A DNA stretch of 64,000 nucleotides from Zoogloeaceae bacterium. Lineage in GTDB: Bacteria > Pseudomonadota > Gammaproteobacteria > Burkholderiales > Rhodocyclaceae. Below, piece by piece: positions 21,961-32,907 of the stretch. Positions within the stretch are counted from its first letter, which is position 1, and each line of letters opens with the position of its first letter. The position numbers were made by a program, and so were the translations under genes. The stretch covers positions 44,482 to 108,481 of the forward strand of contig JACKMC010000008.1 in NCBI GenBank assembly GCA_024235595.1, read 5' to 3'. The notes below the pieces were generated by a model, which saw nothing but the letters and a program-made list of their open reading frames with translations, did no database searches and had not been told where the DNA came from.

Positions 21961-22322
21961 CGAGTTCCTCGGGGGGGCGTCAGTTGCCGTTGGTAACAAT
22001 AGCAAATCCTGCTTCACGATGTCGCCGGGCCACACAGCGCAGCCGATCGGGGCATCCTTCGGGCAAATCGAGATCCACCGCAGGCCGCGCTGCTGCAGCA
22101 GGAAAGCGGCATCCGTCATGCAATCGCGCAAGGGGACCGCAAGAACCTGCTTGCCTGCCCTGTATGATAATGCCCTTGGTCCTGAGGCTGCTTCCGGGCG
22201 TCTCGGCGAGCTTGCTCCGGGACTGCACCGCCCGTCGGCGACCCGCCCACCGCCTCCGCAGTCCGAAGGGCGGCCCGGACGAAAGCGCCACCATTTCAAT
22301 TTCGCTTCTGGACGAGGCAGGC

Positions 22323-23978
22323 ATGACTACCACGAGCACCCAGCACTCGCCCTGCGAGACCCCGGCCTGGCAGGCCCTGGCCGCCCATGCGGCGGCCCTC
22401 CGCGATACCCGGCTTCGCACCCTGTTCGGCGAAGAGCCGCGCCGCTTCGAGCGCTTCTCGCTCGCCGCCGCGGGCCTGACCCTCGACTATTCGAAGAACC
22501 GCGTCGACGCCAGGGCGCTCGAGCTGCTGTTTGCGCTGGCGCGTGAGCGCGGGCTCGAGGCCGCCCGCGACCAGATGTTCGCCGGCGTGCCGATCAACAA
22601 CACCGAAGGCCGCGCGGTGCTGCATGTGGCGCTGCGCGCGCCGGCGGGCGCGCGCTTCGAGGTCGATGGCGAGGACGTGATGCCGGCCGTGGCGGCGGTA
22701 CGCGAGCGCGTCGGCGAGTTCGCCACAGCGGTGCGCGAGGGGAGCTGGCGCGGCTATACCGGCGAAGCGGTCAGCGACGTGGTCAACATCGGCATCGGCG
22801 GCTCGGACCTGGGCCCGGCGATGGCCTGCCAGGCGCTCGCCGCCTATGGCCATGCGCGCCTCACCATGCACTTCGTCTCGAACGTCGATGGCGACCAGCT
22901 CGCCCAGGTGCTGGCGCGGGTGAACCCCGCACGGACCCTGTTCGTGATCGCCTCGAAGACCTTCACCACCATCGAGACCATGACCAACGCGGCCAGCGCC
23001 CGCGCCTGGTTCCTCGCCGGCGGGGCGGCCGAGAAGGACATCGCGCGCCACTTCGTGGCGGTGTCGACGAATGCCGCCAAGGTGGCCGAGTTCGGGATCG
23101 ACGCGGCCAACATGTTCGGCTTCTGGGACTGGGTCGGCGGGCGCTACTCGATGTGGTCGGCGGTGGGCTTGCCGATCGCGCTGTGGGTCGGGCGCGAGAA
23201 CTTCGAAGCGATGCTGGACGGCGCCCACGGGATGGACCGTCATTTCGCCGAGGCGCCGCTGGAGGCCAACATGCCGGCGATCCTCGCCCTGCTCGGGGTG
23301 TGGTACCGCGCCTTCTTCCATGCCACCAGCGTGTGCATCGCGCCGTATTCGCAGGCGCTGGCGCGCATGCCGGCCTACCTGCAGCAGCTCGAGATGGAGA
23401 GTAACGGCAAGTCGGTGACCCGCGACGGCCAGCCGGTCGCGATGTCGACCTGCCCGGTGGTGTGGGGCGAACCCGGCACCAACGGCCAGCATGCCTTCTT
23501 CCAGTTGCTGCACCAGGGCACCGACCTGATCCCGGTCGACTTCATCGCCCCGCTCAAGGCCGCGCACACCCTGCCGGGCCATCATCGCCTGCTGCTCGCC
23601 AACTGCATCGCCCAGAGCAAGGCGCTGATGGTGGGCAAGACCGCCGACGAGGTGCGTGCCGAGCTCACCGCCGCGGGCATGAGCGGCGCGGCGCTCGAGG
23701 CGCTGGTGCCGCACCGGGTGTTCCAGGGCAACCGCCCGAGCAACACCATCCTCATGCCGGCGCTGTCGCCGCGCAGCCTGGGCGCGCTGATCGCGCTCTA
23801 CGAGCACAAGGTCTTCGTGCAGGGAATCATCTGGGACGTGAACAGCTTCGACCAGTGGGGCGTGGAACTCGGCAAGCAGCTCGCCACCCGTATCGTGGGC
23901 GAACTGGCGAGCGGCGACGCCGAGCACGAAGATGCCTCCACCCGCGGCCTCATCGGCATGGTGCGGGCGGCAAGCTGA
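22323..23978 (+). CDS. pgi: Glucose-6-phosphate isomerase
   Basis: [59 protein letters not shown]. Confidence 0.97.
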   Translation: MTTTSTQHSPCETPAWQALAAHAAALRDTRLRTLFGEEPRRFERFSLAAAGLTLDYSKNRVDARALELLFALARERGLEAARDQMFAGVPINNTEGRAVLHVALRAPAGARFEVDGEDVMPAVAAVRERVGEFATAVREGSWRGYTGEAVSDVVNIGIGGSDLGPAMACQALAAYGHARLTMHFVSNVDGDQLAQVLARVNPARTLFVIASKTFTTIETMTNAASARAWFLAGGAAEKDIARHFVAVSTNAAKVAEFGIDAANMFGFWDWVGGRYSMWSAVGLPIALWVGRENFEAMLDGAHGMDRHFAEAPLEANMPAILALLGVWYRAFFHATSVCIAPYSQALARMPAYLQQLEMESNGKSVTRDGQPVAMSTCPVVWGEPGTNGQHAFFQLLHQGTDLIPVDFIAPLKAAHTLPGHHRLLLANCIAQSKALMVGKTADEVRAELTAAGMSGAALEALVPHRVFQGNRPSNTILMPALSPRSLGALIALYEHKVFVQGIIWDVNSFDQWGVELGKQLATRIVGELASGDAEHEDASTRGLIGMVRAAS

Positions 23979-24055
23979 TGATGAGCGAGCCCGGGGCAAG
24001 GCTGTCGCAAGCGGCGGGATGAGGTAGACGCATGGTATTGGGAAGGCGGGGGGCG

Positions 24056-25066
24056 ATGCGCAGCGGGTATGCGATCGCTGCCGCGGTCGTGGTGTGGCTT
24101 TGGTCCCATCTCGTGCCCGCCGAGTCCCCGGACGAGGGGCTGGCGCTGTCCTGCCTGGGTGAGCGCGAGGCGCTTGTGGTGTCGCGCCAGATGCCCTATG
24201 CCCGTGTGACGGTGGATGCTCGAGAGGGCTACTTCGTGCTGGATTTCGGTGCGGACGTCAGCGCCATCACGCCGCAGGGTTTCGCGGATCCCGCCAAACC
24301 CGCGCCAATCGCGGGCAGCCGCGATCGCTATCGGGATTTCCGGTTCTTCGGCAACTGGGGCCAGGTCCGCCTGCTGCTCCAGCGTCGCGCCCCGGTCAGT
24401 GGCAGCGTGGCGCAGGCGGGGGTGATCGGCACCGATTTCCTGTCGCGACACATCTACACCGTCGACTACCGCGGCGCGGCGCTCTATCGCGCACAGCCGG
24501 CCGGCTTCTGCAGTGACACGGCGTTGCAGGCCGCGGCATTCGTGCCGCTGTCCACCCGCGGCTACTATTCCAGCCAACCCGCGACGCTGAACTGCCCACG
24601 CGCCGGCGGCCCCGGGCGCTGCCCCAACATCCCCAGCCTGCCGATCCGCCTCGGCGGGGTCGAGGCGATCGCGCAGCTCGATACCGGTTTCGACGACGGC
24701 GCCCAGCCGCATTCGCTGAACATCAACCAGGCGATGTTCGACGCGTTGCAGCGCTCGGGAGTGCGGCTACAGGCACGGCCCGAGATCGCCTTGCAGTTGA
24801 GTACCTGCCAGCAAGGCATTTCGGAGCGGGTGGATGCCTATCGGGTGCCGGCCGGCACGGCGCTGGAGTTCATCGGCATGAATGGGCAGGCGGTGCGCCG
24901 CGAGGCGCAGGTGACAGTGTTCGTCAAGCGCCCACCGCGCGAGGCGCTGGTGTGCGGCGGCATCGGTACCTGGCAACAGCCTGCGGCGCAACTGGGCGCC
25001 TCGTTCTTCGCCAGCGGCATGTTGATCGTCGATCCATTCTCGGCGCGGGTGTGGTACCGACGCTAG
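24056..25066 (+). CDS. Secreted protein with two retropepsin-like aspartic protease lobes
   Basis: Lobe 1 FVLDFGA...GVIGTDFL; lobe 2 AQLDTGF...AQLGASFF; N-terminal signal; start at 24032 or 24056. Confidence 0.6.
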   Translation: MRSGYAIAAAVVVWLWSHLVPAESPDEGLALSCLGEREALVVSRQMPYARVTVDAREGYFVLDFGADVSAITPQGFADPAKPAPIAGSRDRYRDFRFFGNWGQVRLLLQRRAPVSGSVAQAGVIGTDFLSRHIYTVDYRGAALYRAQPAGFCSDTALQAAAFVPLSTRGYYSSQPATLNCPRAGGPGRCPNIPSLPIRLGGVEAIAQLDTGFDDGAQPHSLNINQAMFDALQRSGVRLQARPEIALQLSTCQQGISERVDAYRVPAGTALEFIGMNGQAVRREAQVTVFVKRPPREALVCGGIGTWQQPAAQLGASFFASGMLIVDPFSARVWYRR

Positions 25067-25703
25067 GGCTCGTCGAACCGCGGCGTCTTGACGCAGGCCG
25101 CCCGGGCGGCGCCATTTTTTTGGGACTGCGGCAGGGCCGTGGTCGTCGCCGAAGCGTGCCGGGGCGGCATTCTTTCGGGGCTCGCCAGGTGTCCTGAATC
25201 GCGGTCTCGCGGCGGCCTCATTTTGTCCATGGCGGGGCCGGCAGACTGCGTCCATGTCAAGGATGCCAAGTGCGCGATCCCCCGCTGGGCGGACATGCCA
25301 GTGCCCTTGCGGGTGTCGTCGTCGACAATGTCGGCGAGCCTCCGCTGGCCGCTTCGGCGGCGCGATACGGTGTGGTCGTCCGGGCCCGCTGCCGCGCTGT
25401 CTTCAGGGTGAACCGGGCCTTGATCCTTGAAGGTGCGCATCGATCCGGCAGCGCATGGCCTTGCCGTGGTATGTGACTGACAGCATGGCGAGCGCCTTCG
25501 CGGCCTGTGCCGCGGTATCTGGAAGAGGCGCCGGGGTGAGCGCAGGGTTCGAGAACACATCGCGGGCGTTTGGACAGTGCTGTTCTGGCCGGGGCCGATC
25601 CGGCGTCGGCTGTGTGGGGCGCACCGGACAGCCTGCGGGCGTGATGGTGGCGGTGCGCCTGCACCGCGCCTTTCTTGCAGCGGGGAGGGTGAGCAGAGGC
25701 GCT

Positions 25704-26180
25704 TCAGGCGCTGCCGAAGTGCCGGCCCGCCAGATGCGGGCGCGATTGTCCGTCCGGGCCGTAGGTGGCGGCGGGCTGCTCGGCGGCTGCCAGCAACACC
25801 GCCAGCGCCTGCTGGTTGTGCTGCATGCGCTGAGTGATGAGTTGCCCATTGAGGTTGTTGCGGCTGCGCGCCTCGGCAACGAGCTCAAGCGATTCCTGCC
25901 AGTTCGCAAGCGCCGCAGCATTGCCCTCGAGGATCGCCTGCATGACTGCGGCGTCGGGCTTGAGCCGCGCTGCGGCGAGCACGCGGGTCCGTTCGTCGGC
26001 GGTGAATTGCAGCCGCCGGAAGAGCTGGGTCTTTTGCCCGGCGAGCGCCATCAGGGCATCGACGTCGCCTTCGAGCAGCAGGGCTTGTTCCTGGCCCAGC
26101 AGGGCGACGAAGTCCCGCAGCAGGACGTTTTCGTCCTGCACCAGTCGTGCCATCCGCGTACGATCGACTGCGGGTGTCAC
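25704..26180 (-). CDS. flgN: Flagellar export chaperone FlgN
   Basis: LLGQEQALL, ARSRNNLNGQLI, TYGPDG; lies downstream of flgM. Confidence 0.9.
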   Translation of the reverse strand: MTPAVDRTRMARLVQDENVLLRDFVALLGQEQALLLEGDVDALMALAGQKTQLFRRLQFTADERTRVLAAARLKPDAAVMQAILEGNAAALANWQESLELVAEARSRNNLNGQLITQRMQHNQQALAVLLAAAEQPAATYGPDGQSRPHLAGRHFGSA

Positions 26181-26485
26181 GCTTTGCCGGGTTGCGCCTG
26201 CAGCATCTGGCGAACGCTTTCGATCAGACCGTCGGCGACTTTCTCGGCGTCGACCTTGAAGCGCCCCTCCGCCATTGCCGCCTTGATCTCGTCAACTCGG
26301 GATTGATCGACCACCGGCGTGGCGGAAACCGCGGCTTCCGCCTGTTGCAGGCTGGAGGACAGGGACGACAGCTGAACCTGCGCGCCGGGTGCGGCGGAGG
26401 CTGGCGCACCGGCCCCGCCGGCGGGCTTGGCCCGGTTGTCGGTGCCGACATTGCCGAGCGGTTTCATGGAATTGTCGATTTTCAC
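26177..26485 (-). CDS. flgM: Anti-sigma28 factor FlgM
   Basis: VQLSSLS, DQSRVDEIKAAMAEGRFKVDAEKVADGLI; GTG start after AGAGG. Confidence 0.92.
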   Translation of the reverse strand: MKIDNSMKPLGNVGTDNRAKPAGGAGAPASAAPGAQVQLSSLSSSLQQAEAAVSATPVVDQSRVDEIKAAMAEGRFKVDAEKVADGLIESVRQMLQAQPGKA

Positions 26486-26515
26486 AGCTTTAACCTCTCT
26501 CACGGTTTGGCTGCT

Positions 26516-26543
26516 CTAACGGCAGGATGATTTGCGAACTTTA
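26516..26543 (-). promoter_or_regulatory. Sigma28 (FliA) promoter of flgMN
   Basis: Minus strand TAAA-N16-GCCGTTAG versus consensus TAAA-N15-GCCGATAA. Confidence 0.7.
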
Positions 26544-26602
26544 GTGCATTTTCATCCCGAGGTGTCAGCACGCATGTATTGAGAGGCGCTCGGCGGAATC
26601 GT

Positions 26603-27295
26603 TCAGCGGCCGACCTCGACCACGCCGTCGGGGCGGGCGACGCCACTGATGACCCGTCCGCTGCCCAGCCGGACCTTGACGACCTGGCCCGCGGCGGCGT
26701 TGTTGAGGGCCTTGCCCTCGTTGCTCACGCTGAAGCCCGCGCCGGTGGTGACGACGCGTACCTGGTCGCGCTGACGCACCACCGGCGGGAGAATCAGCAT
26801 GCCTGCGCGCAGCGGCTGGCCCACGGCTACCGCGTAGCGGGCAGGGTGGCCGACGGCCTGCACCGCATCGGTAAGCACATCGCCCGGCAGCGCGGCGACA
26901 TCGCCCCGCTCGCGCGCGATGTTCTCCGGGCCGAGCGTCTGGCGCGCGCTGAGCGCCTTGGCAACGACCAGGTAGTCGGCGACGACCCTGACCCGCGAAG
27001 GTACGTACAGGCTCCATTGCGCCGGTGCGCTGCATCTGACCCCGACCGTGACCGCACCCCAGGCGCGCGCACCGGCCGGCAGAAAGGCCTCCAGGTGCTG
27101 GCAGGCCGGCAACTGGTTGTTGGCGTCGATGCGCCCGGTCTCGATGCTGACCTCGCCACGAAGCCCTGCGGTCTGCGTGCGCAGCAAGGCCTCGACCGCA
27201 TCACGGACCGGCGCCACGGGCTGACGGGCCTGCACGAGGGGGGCAAGACAGAGCAGCAGGGCCAGCGTGAGAAGACGGGCAGGGGCATGTTCCAT
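26603..27295 (-). CDS. flgA: Flagellar P-ring chaperone FlgA
   Basis: LPAC...VGVRC...WSLYV, SAF domain, GFSVSNEGKALNNAAAGQVVKVR. Confidence 0.92.
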   Translation of the reverse strand: MEHAPARLLTLALLLCLAPLVQARQPVAPVRDAVEALLRTQTAGLRGEVSIETGRIDANNQLPACQHLEAFLPAGARAWGAVTVGVRCSAPAQWSLYVPSRVRVVADYLVVAKALSARQTLGPENIARERGDVAALPGDVLTDAVQAVGHPARYAVAVGQPLRAGMLILPPVVRQRDQVRVVTTGAGFSVSNEGKALNNAAAGQVVKVRLGSGRVISGVARPDGVVEVGR

Positions 27296-27456
27296 GAGCT
27301 CATTTGACCACGGCCGATCATGCGGCGCATGCCGAACAGGGCGGAAAAAACCCGCCAATTCCGACTGCGGGCCATGCCCGGCATGCGGGTTTGGCAATGG
27401 TTTCAACTGCGCTCGCGCGCACGTATGCGCGCGGGACCTGCGCGGCGAGGTCGAGG

Positions 27457-27495
27457 CGGCAAAAGCTGCCGCTCGATTTGCCGTATTGCCGGCAA
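27457..27495. promoter_or_regulatory. CGGCAA/TTGCCG cluster, candidate enhancer for a sigma54 activator
   Basis: CGGCAA at 27457, CTGCCG at 27466, TTGCCG at 27478 and 27486, CGGCAA at 27490. Confidence 0.45.
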
Positions 27496-27567
27496 AGGCA
27501 TCGGAATTGAATGGTTTTTGAGGGGTTTATTCGCCGATGAGGCGTGACAGGGCGGTCGTAGCATGGC

Positions 27568-27583
27568 TGGCATGGAAGGTGCA
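27568..27583 (+). promoter_or_regulatory. Sigma54 -24/-12 promoter of the flgB operon
   Basis: TGGCATGGAAGGTGCA, with correct GG-N10-GC spacing. Confidence 0.6.
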
Positions 27584-27648
27584 TTAGCCAGTACGAAAGC
27601 CGATGAAGCTGATTGCGGCAAGTGCGGCGAATACTTGAGGTAAGGACC

Positions 27649-28053
27649 ATGTCGAACTCCATCAACTCCGATCTCGCGTTCCACCAGCAGGCGCTCAATA
27701 CCCGTGCCTACCGGCAGCAGTTGCTGGCGTCCAACATCGCCAATGCCGATACGCCGAACTACAAGGCGCGCGACGTCGATTTCAGCAGCGCTCTCAAGGG
27801 TGCGCTGGGTTCGCGCATGGGGCCGCTGGCCTTGGCGACCACCAACAGCGCGCACCTGAGCGATGCGGCTGCCAACCCCCTCGAGGCGATGCTGCGCTTC
27901 CGTACCATGCGCCAGGGCGCAGTCGATGGCAACACGGTGGACATGGACGTCGAACGCAGCGCCTTTGCCGAGAACGCGATCCACTACGAGGCCAGCCTGA
28001 CCTTCATCAATGGCTTGCTGAGCACCATGCAGCAGGCGATTCAGAGTCAATAA
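27649..28053 (+). CDS. flgB: Flagellar basal-body rod protein FlgB
   Basis: [31 protein letters not shown]. Confidence 0.96.
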   Translation: MSNSINSDLAFHQQALNTRAYRQQLLASNIANADTPNYKARDVDFSSALKGALGSRMGPLALATTNSAHLSDAAANPLEAMLRFRTMRQGAVDGNTVDMDVERSAFAENAIHYEASLTFINGLLSTMQQAIQSQ

Positions 28054-28064
28054 GGAGCCGCGCC

Positions 28065-28469
28065 ATGAGCATGCTCAACGTCTTCCAGATCGCAGGTTCG
28101 GCCCTTACCGCGCAGTCGGCGCGGCTCAACGCCACCGCCTCCAATCTGGCCAATGCCGACAGCGTCGCAGGCCCCGACGGCCAGCCCTACAAGGCCAAAC
28201 AGGTGGTCTTCGCCGCCAGGCCGGTTGCGGGGGGCTCGGGCGTGGGGGTCGAGGTCACCCAGGTGGTCGACAGTGCCGCGCCGATGCGTCTGGTCTATGA
28301 CCCGGCCAGTCCCGCGGCCAACGGCGAGGGCTATGTCGAGATGCCCAACGTAAACGTGGTCGAGGAGATGGTGAACATGATCTCCGCCTCCCGCGCCTAT
28401 CAGAACAATGCCGAGATGATGAACACCGCGCGTACGCTGCTGCAGCGCACGCTGCAGATCGGTCAATAA
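28065..28469 (+). CDS. flgC: Flagellar basal-body rod protein FlgC
   Basis: [34 protein letters not shown]. Confidence 0.96.
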   Translation: MSMLNVFQIAGSALTAQSARLNATASNLANADSVAGPDGQPYKAKQVVFAARPVAGGSGVGVEVTQVVDSAAPMRLVYDPASPAANGEGYVEMPNVNVVEEMVNMISASRAYQNNAEMMNTARTLLQRTLQIGQ

Positions 28470-28486
28470 GGAACAGGGAAACAATC

Positions 28487-29167
28487 ATGGCAACGATCAC
28501 GAACAGCTCCACCAGCTCCACCGCCGAGATCTACGCTTCGCTCGCCCGTGCGGCCGAGAGCAGCGATAGCAGCGCAACCAACGAGGCGCAGACCAACTTC
28601 CTGACCTTGCTGACCACCCAGCTCAAGAACCAGGATCCACTCAATCCGCTGGACAACGCGCAGGTGACTTCCCAGCTCGCGCAGATCAGCACGGTCGACG
28701 GCATCGAACGACTCAACCAGACACTCACCTCGATGATGGACGGCATGCTGAGCAGCGAAACCATGCAGGCTGCCGCGCTGGTCGGCCGATCGGTGCTGGT
28801 GCCGGGTCAGCACATGACGCTCGGCGAAGGGGGTGCGCTCGGTGGCGTGACGCTGGACGCTGCGGCCAGCGATGTGCAGGTCTCGATCATGGATGCAACC
28901 GGTCGCGAAGTGGCCTCGATCGACATGGGCGCGCTGCAGGCAGGCACCTACGGTTTCCGCTGGGACGGCACCGCCGTCGATGGCAGCGCCGCGGCGGGCG
29001 GCCGCTACACGATCGCGGTCAAGGCGCTGGCGGGCGAACAAAGAGTGGCGGCACAGACCCTCGAGCAGGGCACGGTTTCGAGTATCACCCGCGGGACAAG
29101 CGGCATCGCTGCCGAAGTGGGTTCCTTGGGCATGTTCAGCATGTCCGAGATTCGTCAGATTCTCTGA
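28487..29167 (+). CDS. flgD: Hook capping protein FlgD
   Basis: FLTLLTTQLKNQDPLNPLDN...SQLAQIS, FRWDG. Confidence 0.95.
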   Translation: MATITNSSTSSTAEIYASLARAAESSDSSATNEAQTNFLTLLTTQLKNQDPLNPLDNAQVTSQLAQISTVDGIERLNQTLTSMMDGMLSSETMQAAALVGRSVLVPGQHMTLGEGGALGGVTLDAAASDVQVSIMDATGREVASIDMGALQAGTYGFRWDGTAVDGSAAAGGRYTIAVKALAGEQRVAAQTLEQGTVSSITRGTSGIAAEVGSLGMFSMSEIRQIL

Positions 29168-29183
29168 TCCAGGAGTCGGAAAA

Positions 29184-30434
29184 ATGGCTTTTCAACAAGG
29201 TTTGAGCGGACTCAACGCAGCATCCAAATCCCTCGACGTGATCAGCAACAACGTGGCCAACTCCGGCAACGTGGGCTTCAAGTCGGGTTCCACCCTGTTC
29301 GCCGACGTCTATGCGGCGGCGCTCAACGGCGCTTCGGCCGGCACCCAGGTGGGGATCGGGACCACCATCGGGGGGGTGAATCAGCTCTTCTCGCAGGGCA
29401 ATATCACGCCTACCGACAACCCGCTCGACATCGCCATCAACGGCTCCGGCTTCTTCCGGGTGACCGAGCCTGACGGGGGCGTGGCCTACACCCGCAACGG
29501 CCAGTTCGATGTCGACAAGGATGGCTACATCGTCAATGCGCAGGGTTACCAGCTGACCGGCTATGGCGCCAATGCGGCGGGCGTGATCCTGCCCGCATCG
29601 CCGACCGCGATGCAGATCGACACCGCCGATCTCAAGCCCAACGTCACTTCGCAGATCGACATCGGCCTCAATCTCGATTCGCGCGCCTCGGTGTTCGGCG
29701 CAGGTGCCGCGGCCTTCGATGAAACCGATCCGACCACCTACAGTTCCTCTACCTCGGTGTCGGTGTACGACACCCTGGGCAACGCCCACGTGACCACCAT
29801 GTATTTCCGCAAGGCCGCGTCGACGACCCCCGACGTCGGGACCTGGGAGCTCTACACCCAGGTCGACGGTGCCGCCGCATCCGCCACCCCGATCTCGCTC
29901 GAATTCAACAGCTCGGGCGCGCTGAACACGACCATGCCGCTGAGTCTCGACATCGATTTCGACAACGCGGCATTCGGTGGCGCGCCCGACATCAGCGGCG
30001 TGGAGCTGGACTTCACCGGCAGCACGCAGTACGGCAGCACCTTCGGCGTCAACCGCCAGACCCAGGACGGCTATGCCTCGGGCCGGCTGTCCGGGATCAC
30101 CGTGGGTGACGACGGCACCATCCAGGGCCGCTACTCCAACGGCCAGTCGCGCAATCTCGGCCAGGTGGTGCTGGCCAACTTCCAGAGCACCAACGGCCTG
30201 ATCTCGCTGGGTAACAACCTCTGGGCCGAGTCGCCCGATTCCGGCCAGCCGCTCATCGGCACCCCGGGCAGCGGCAGCCTCGGCTCGCTGACCGCGGGCT
30301 CGGTCGAAGAGTCCAACGTCGACCTTACCGCCGAGCTGGTGAACATGATCACCCAGCAACGCGCCTACCAGGCCAACGCCCAGTCCATCAAGACCCAGGA
30401 CTCGGTGCTGCAGACGCTCGTGAATCTGAGGTAA
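29184..30434 (+). CDS. flgE: Flagellar hook protein FlgE
   Basis: MAFQQGLSGLNAAS, YTRNGQF, VYDTLGNAH, ESNVDLTAELVNMI...QRAYQANA. Confidence 0.96.
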   Translation: MAFQQGLSGLNAASKSLDVISNNVANSGNVGFKSGSTLFADVYAAALNGASAGTQVGIGTTIGGVNQLFSQGNITPTDNPLDIAINGSGFFRVTEPDGGVAYTRNGQFDVDKDGYIVNAQGYQLTGYGANAAGVILPASPTAMQIDTADLKPNVTSQIDIGLNLDSRASVFGAGAAAFDETDPTTYSSSTSVSVYDTLGNAHVTTMYFRKAASTTPDVGTWELYTQVDGAAASATPISLEFNSSGALNTTMPLSLDIDFDNAAFGGAPDISGVELDFTGSTQYGSTFGVNRQTQDGYASGRLSGITVGDDGTIQGRYSNGQSRNLGQVVLANFQSTNGLISLGNNLWAESPDSGQPLIGTPGSGSLGSLTAGSVEESNVDLTAELVNMITQQRAYQANAQSIKTQDSVLQTLVNLR

Positions 30435-30437
30435 GGC

Positions 30438-30529
30438 GGTTATTGGTGATCAGGGATTGGTGATTGGAAAGCCTCGTGGCTCACCACCGTCCCCCCAATC
30501 ACCAATAACCAATAACCAATAACCAATAG
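30438..30529. repeat. Inverted pair of heptamer tandem arrays
   Basis: About 4 degenerate (T/G)(T/G)ATTGG-like units at 30438-30467; CCAATCA, CCAATAA x3 and CCAATAG at 30495-30529. Confidence 0.85.
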
Positions 30530-30541
30530 CTGAACACGACC

Positions 30542-31285
30542 ATGGACCGACTCATATACACCGCGATGACCGGGGCCAAACATACCCTCGGGCAGCAGGA
30601 CGCCGTCACTCACAACCTCGCCAACGCAACCTCGACGGGCTTTCGCACCGAGATGCATCGGCTGCGGGCGGTCGAGGTCCAGGGCGATGCGGCGCTACCC
30701 ACCCGGGCCTTCGCGGTGGATGCGTCGGTCGCTACGGACTTCTCCACCGGGGCGCTGCAGCAGACCGGTCGGGCCTACGACGTGGCCTTGCAGGGCAAGG
30801 GCTGGCTGGCGGTGCAACTGCCCGACGGCAGTGAAGCCTATACCCGCAATGGCAGCCTGGAGGTGTCGGCCAACGGCATCCTGCAGACGCGAGACGGCAT
30901 GCCGGTCGTCGGCGGAGGCGGACCGATCACGATTCCGCAGGACAACGAGATCGTCATCGGCCGCGATGGCTCGATCTCCGCGGTGCAGAACACCGGCGCC
31001 CGCAACGCGGTGAACGTGGTCGGCCAGCTCAAGCTGGTGAATCCGCCCGAGGCCGATCTGGTGCGCGGCGAGGACGGGCTCTTTCGCCTGCGCAGCGGTG
31101 AGCCGGCGCCGGTCGACGAGAACGTCCAGGTGGCCGGCGGCTACCTTGAAGGCAGCAACGTGAACGTCGTGGAACAGATGGTCACGATGATCTCGCTGGG
31201 TCGCCAGTTCGAGATGCAGACCCGCATGTTGAGCACCGCCGAACAGAACGACGCGGCGGCCGCCAAGATGCTCGGCACCGGCTGA
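30542..31285 (+). CDS. flgF: Flagellar basal-body rod protein FlgF
   Basis: MDRLIYTAMTGA, EAYTRNGSL, LEGSNVNVVEQMV. Confidence 0.96.
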   Translation: MDRLIYTAMTGAKHTLGQQDAVTHNLANATSTGFRTEMHRLRAVEVQGDAALPTRAFAVDASVATDFSTGALQQTGRAYDVALQGKGWLAVQLPDGSEAYTRNGSLEVSANGILQTRDGMPVVGGGGPITIPQDNEIVIGRDGSISAVQNTGARNAVNVVGQLKLVNPPEADLVRGEDGLFRLRSGEPAPVDENVQVAGGYLEGSNVNVVEQMVTMISLGRQFEMQTRMLSTAEQNDAAAAKMLGTG

Positions 31286-31413
31286 CGATAAGGACCGCTT
31301 TTCGGGCGGTTTTCGCGCCATTGCGCGGTGGCCTGCCGGATTAGCATGAAAGCGTGGAAGTCGTGGCTAGGCAGCCGCCTGTCGCGGACCGAACTTGAAA
31401 CAGGAGTACCGCC

Positions 31414-32196
31414 ATGATCCGCTCCCTCTGGATCGCCAAGACCGGACTCGACGCCCAGCAGACCCAGCTCGATGTGATCTCCAACAACCTCGCCAACGTC
31501 TCCACGTCGGGGTTCAAGCGTTCGCGCGCGGTGTTCGAAGACCTGATCTACCAGAACCTGCGCCAGCCCGGCGCGCAGAATACCCAGCAGAACCAGATCG
31601 GCTCGGGCCTGCAGCTCGGTACCGGCGTGCGTCCCGTGGCCACCGAGCGCATCCACACCCAGGGCAACCTCAGCCAGACCGGCAATTCGCTCGATGTGGC
31701 GATCAGTGGCGAGGGTTTCTTCCAGATCACCCAGCCGGACGGCACCACCGCCTATACCCGCGACGGCTCCTTTCAGCGCGACAGCACCGGGCAGATGGTC
31801 ACCGCCAGCGGTTATCCGCTGGCCGACGGCATCGTGATTCCGTCCGACGCCCAGTCGGTGACCATCGGCAAGGATGGCACCGTCAGCGTGACCCTGCCGG
31901 GCGTGGCCACGGCGACCCAGATCGGCAGCATCCAGGTCGCCACCTTCGTGAATCCGGGCGGTTTGCAGAGCGTTGGCGAGAACCTCTTCGTCGAGACCGG
32001 CTCGAGCGGCAATGCCTCGCCCAACACCCCGGGGCTCAACGGCGCCGGGGTGCTCAACCAGAGCTACATCGAGACCTCCAACGTGAACGTCGCCGAAGAG
32101 CTGGTCAACATGATCCAGACCCAGCGCGCCTACGAACTCAACTCGCGCGCGGTGCAGACCTCGGACTCGATGCTCGCGCGGCTCACCCAGCTCTGA
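31414..32196 (+). CDS. flgG: Flagellar distal rod protein FlgG
   Basis: [43 protein letters not shown]. Confidence 0.97.
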   Translation: MIRSLWIAKTGLDAQQTQLDVISNNLANVSTSGFKRSRAVFEDLIYQNLRQPGAQNTQQNQIGSGLQLGTGVRPVATERIHTQGNLSQTGNSLDVAISGEGFFQITQPDGTTAYTRDGSFQRDSTGQMVTASGYPLADGIVIPSDAQSVTIGKDGTVSVTLPGVATATQIGSIQVATFVNPGGLQSVGENLFVETGSSGNASPNTPGLNGAGVLNQSYIETSNVNVAEELVNMIQTQRAYELNSRAVQTSDSMLARLTQL

Positions 32197-32212
32197 TCGG
32201 CGGCCGCACGGG

Positions 32213-32896
32213 ATGATCGCAATGAACGGGCTGAAGCCCGCACTGCTGACGGTGCTGGCGCTCCTTTCGGGCTGCGCCAGCCTGCAGTCGACCCCGCCGA
32301 CCGCGGTGCACCAGCCGATGAGCGTGCGCCCGCAGCCCCGTCCCGAGATGGCGCCGGCCAACGGCGGGATCTACCAGCCGGCCTTCGTCCGACCGCTGTT
32401 CGAGGACCGCCGCGCGCGGCTGCTCGGCGACACCCTGGTCATAAATCTGGTCGAGAGGAACACCGCCACCAAGGCCTCGGACGCGAGCGCCAGCCGGGAA
32501 TCGACGCTCGATGCCGGCATCACTGCGGCCACCAAGGTGCCACTCGCCGGCCTCGCCGGCCTGAACATCTCGGGCAACAACACCTCCGATTTCTCGGGGC
32601 AGGGCGCGGCCGCGGCCAACAACGCTTTCAACGGCACCATCACGGTGACCGTCATCGAGGTCTATCCCAATGGCAACCTGCTGGTGTCGGGCGAAAAGCA
32701 GATCGCGATCAACCAGGGCAACGAGTTCATCCGCTTCTCCGGGGTGGTGAACCCGAGCCAGATCACCACCAGCAACACCGTGCAGTCCACCCAGGTGGCC
32801 GACGCCCGCATGGAGTACAAGGCCAGCGGCTACATCAACGAGACCCAGGTGATGGGCTGGCTGCAGCGCTTCTTCCTTGCGGTGCTGCCGTTCTAG
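32213..32896 (+). CDS. flgH: Flagellar L-ring lipoprotein FlgH
   Basis: Lipobox [30 protein letters not shown]. Confidence 0.96.
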   Translation: MIAMNGLKPALLTVLALLSGCASLQSTPPTAVHQPMSVRPQPRPEMAPANGGIYQPAFVRPLFEDRRARLLGDTLVINLVERNTATKASDASASRESTLDAGITAATKVPLAGLAGLNISGNNTSDFSGQGAAAANNAFNGTITVTVIEVYPNGNLLVSGEKQIAINQGNEFIRFSGVVNPSQITTSNTVQSTQVADARMEYKASGYINETQVMGWLQRFFLAVLPF

Positions 32897-32907
32897 GTAA
32901 ACAAGCC

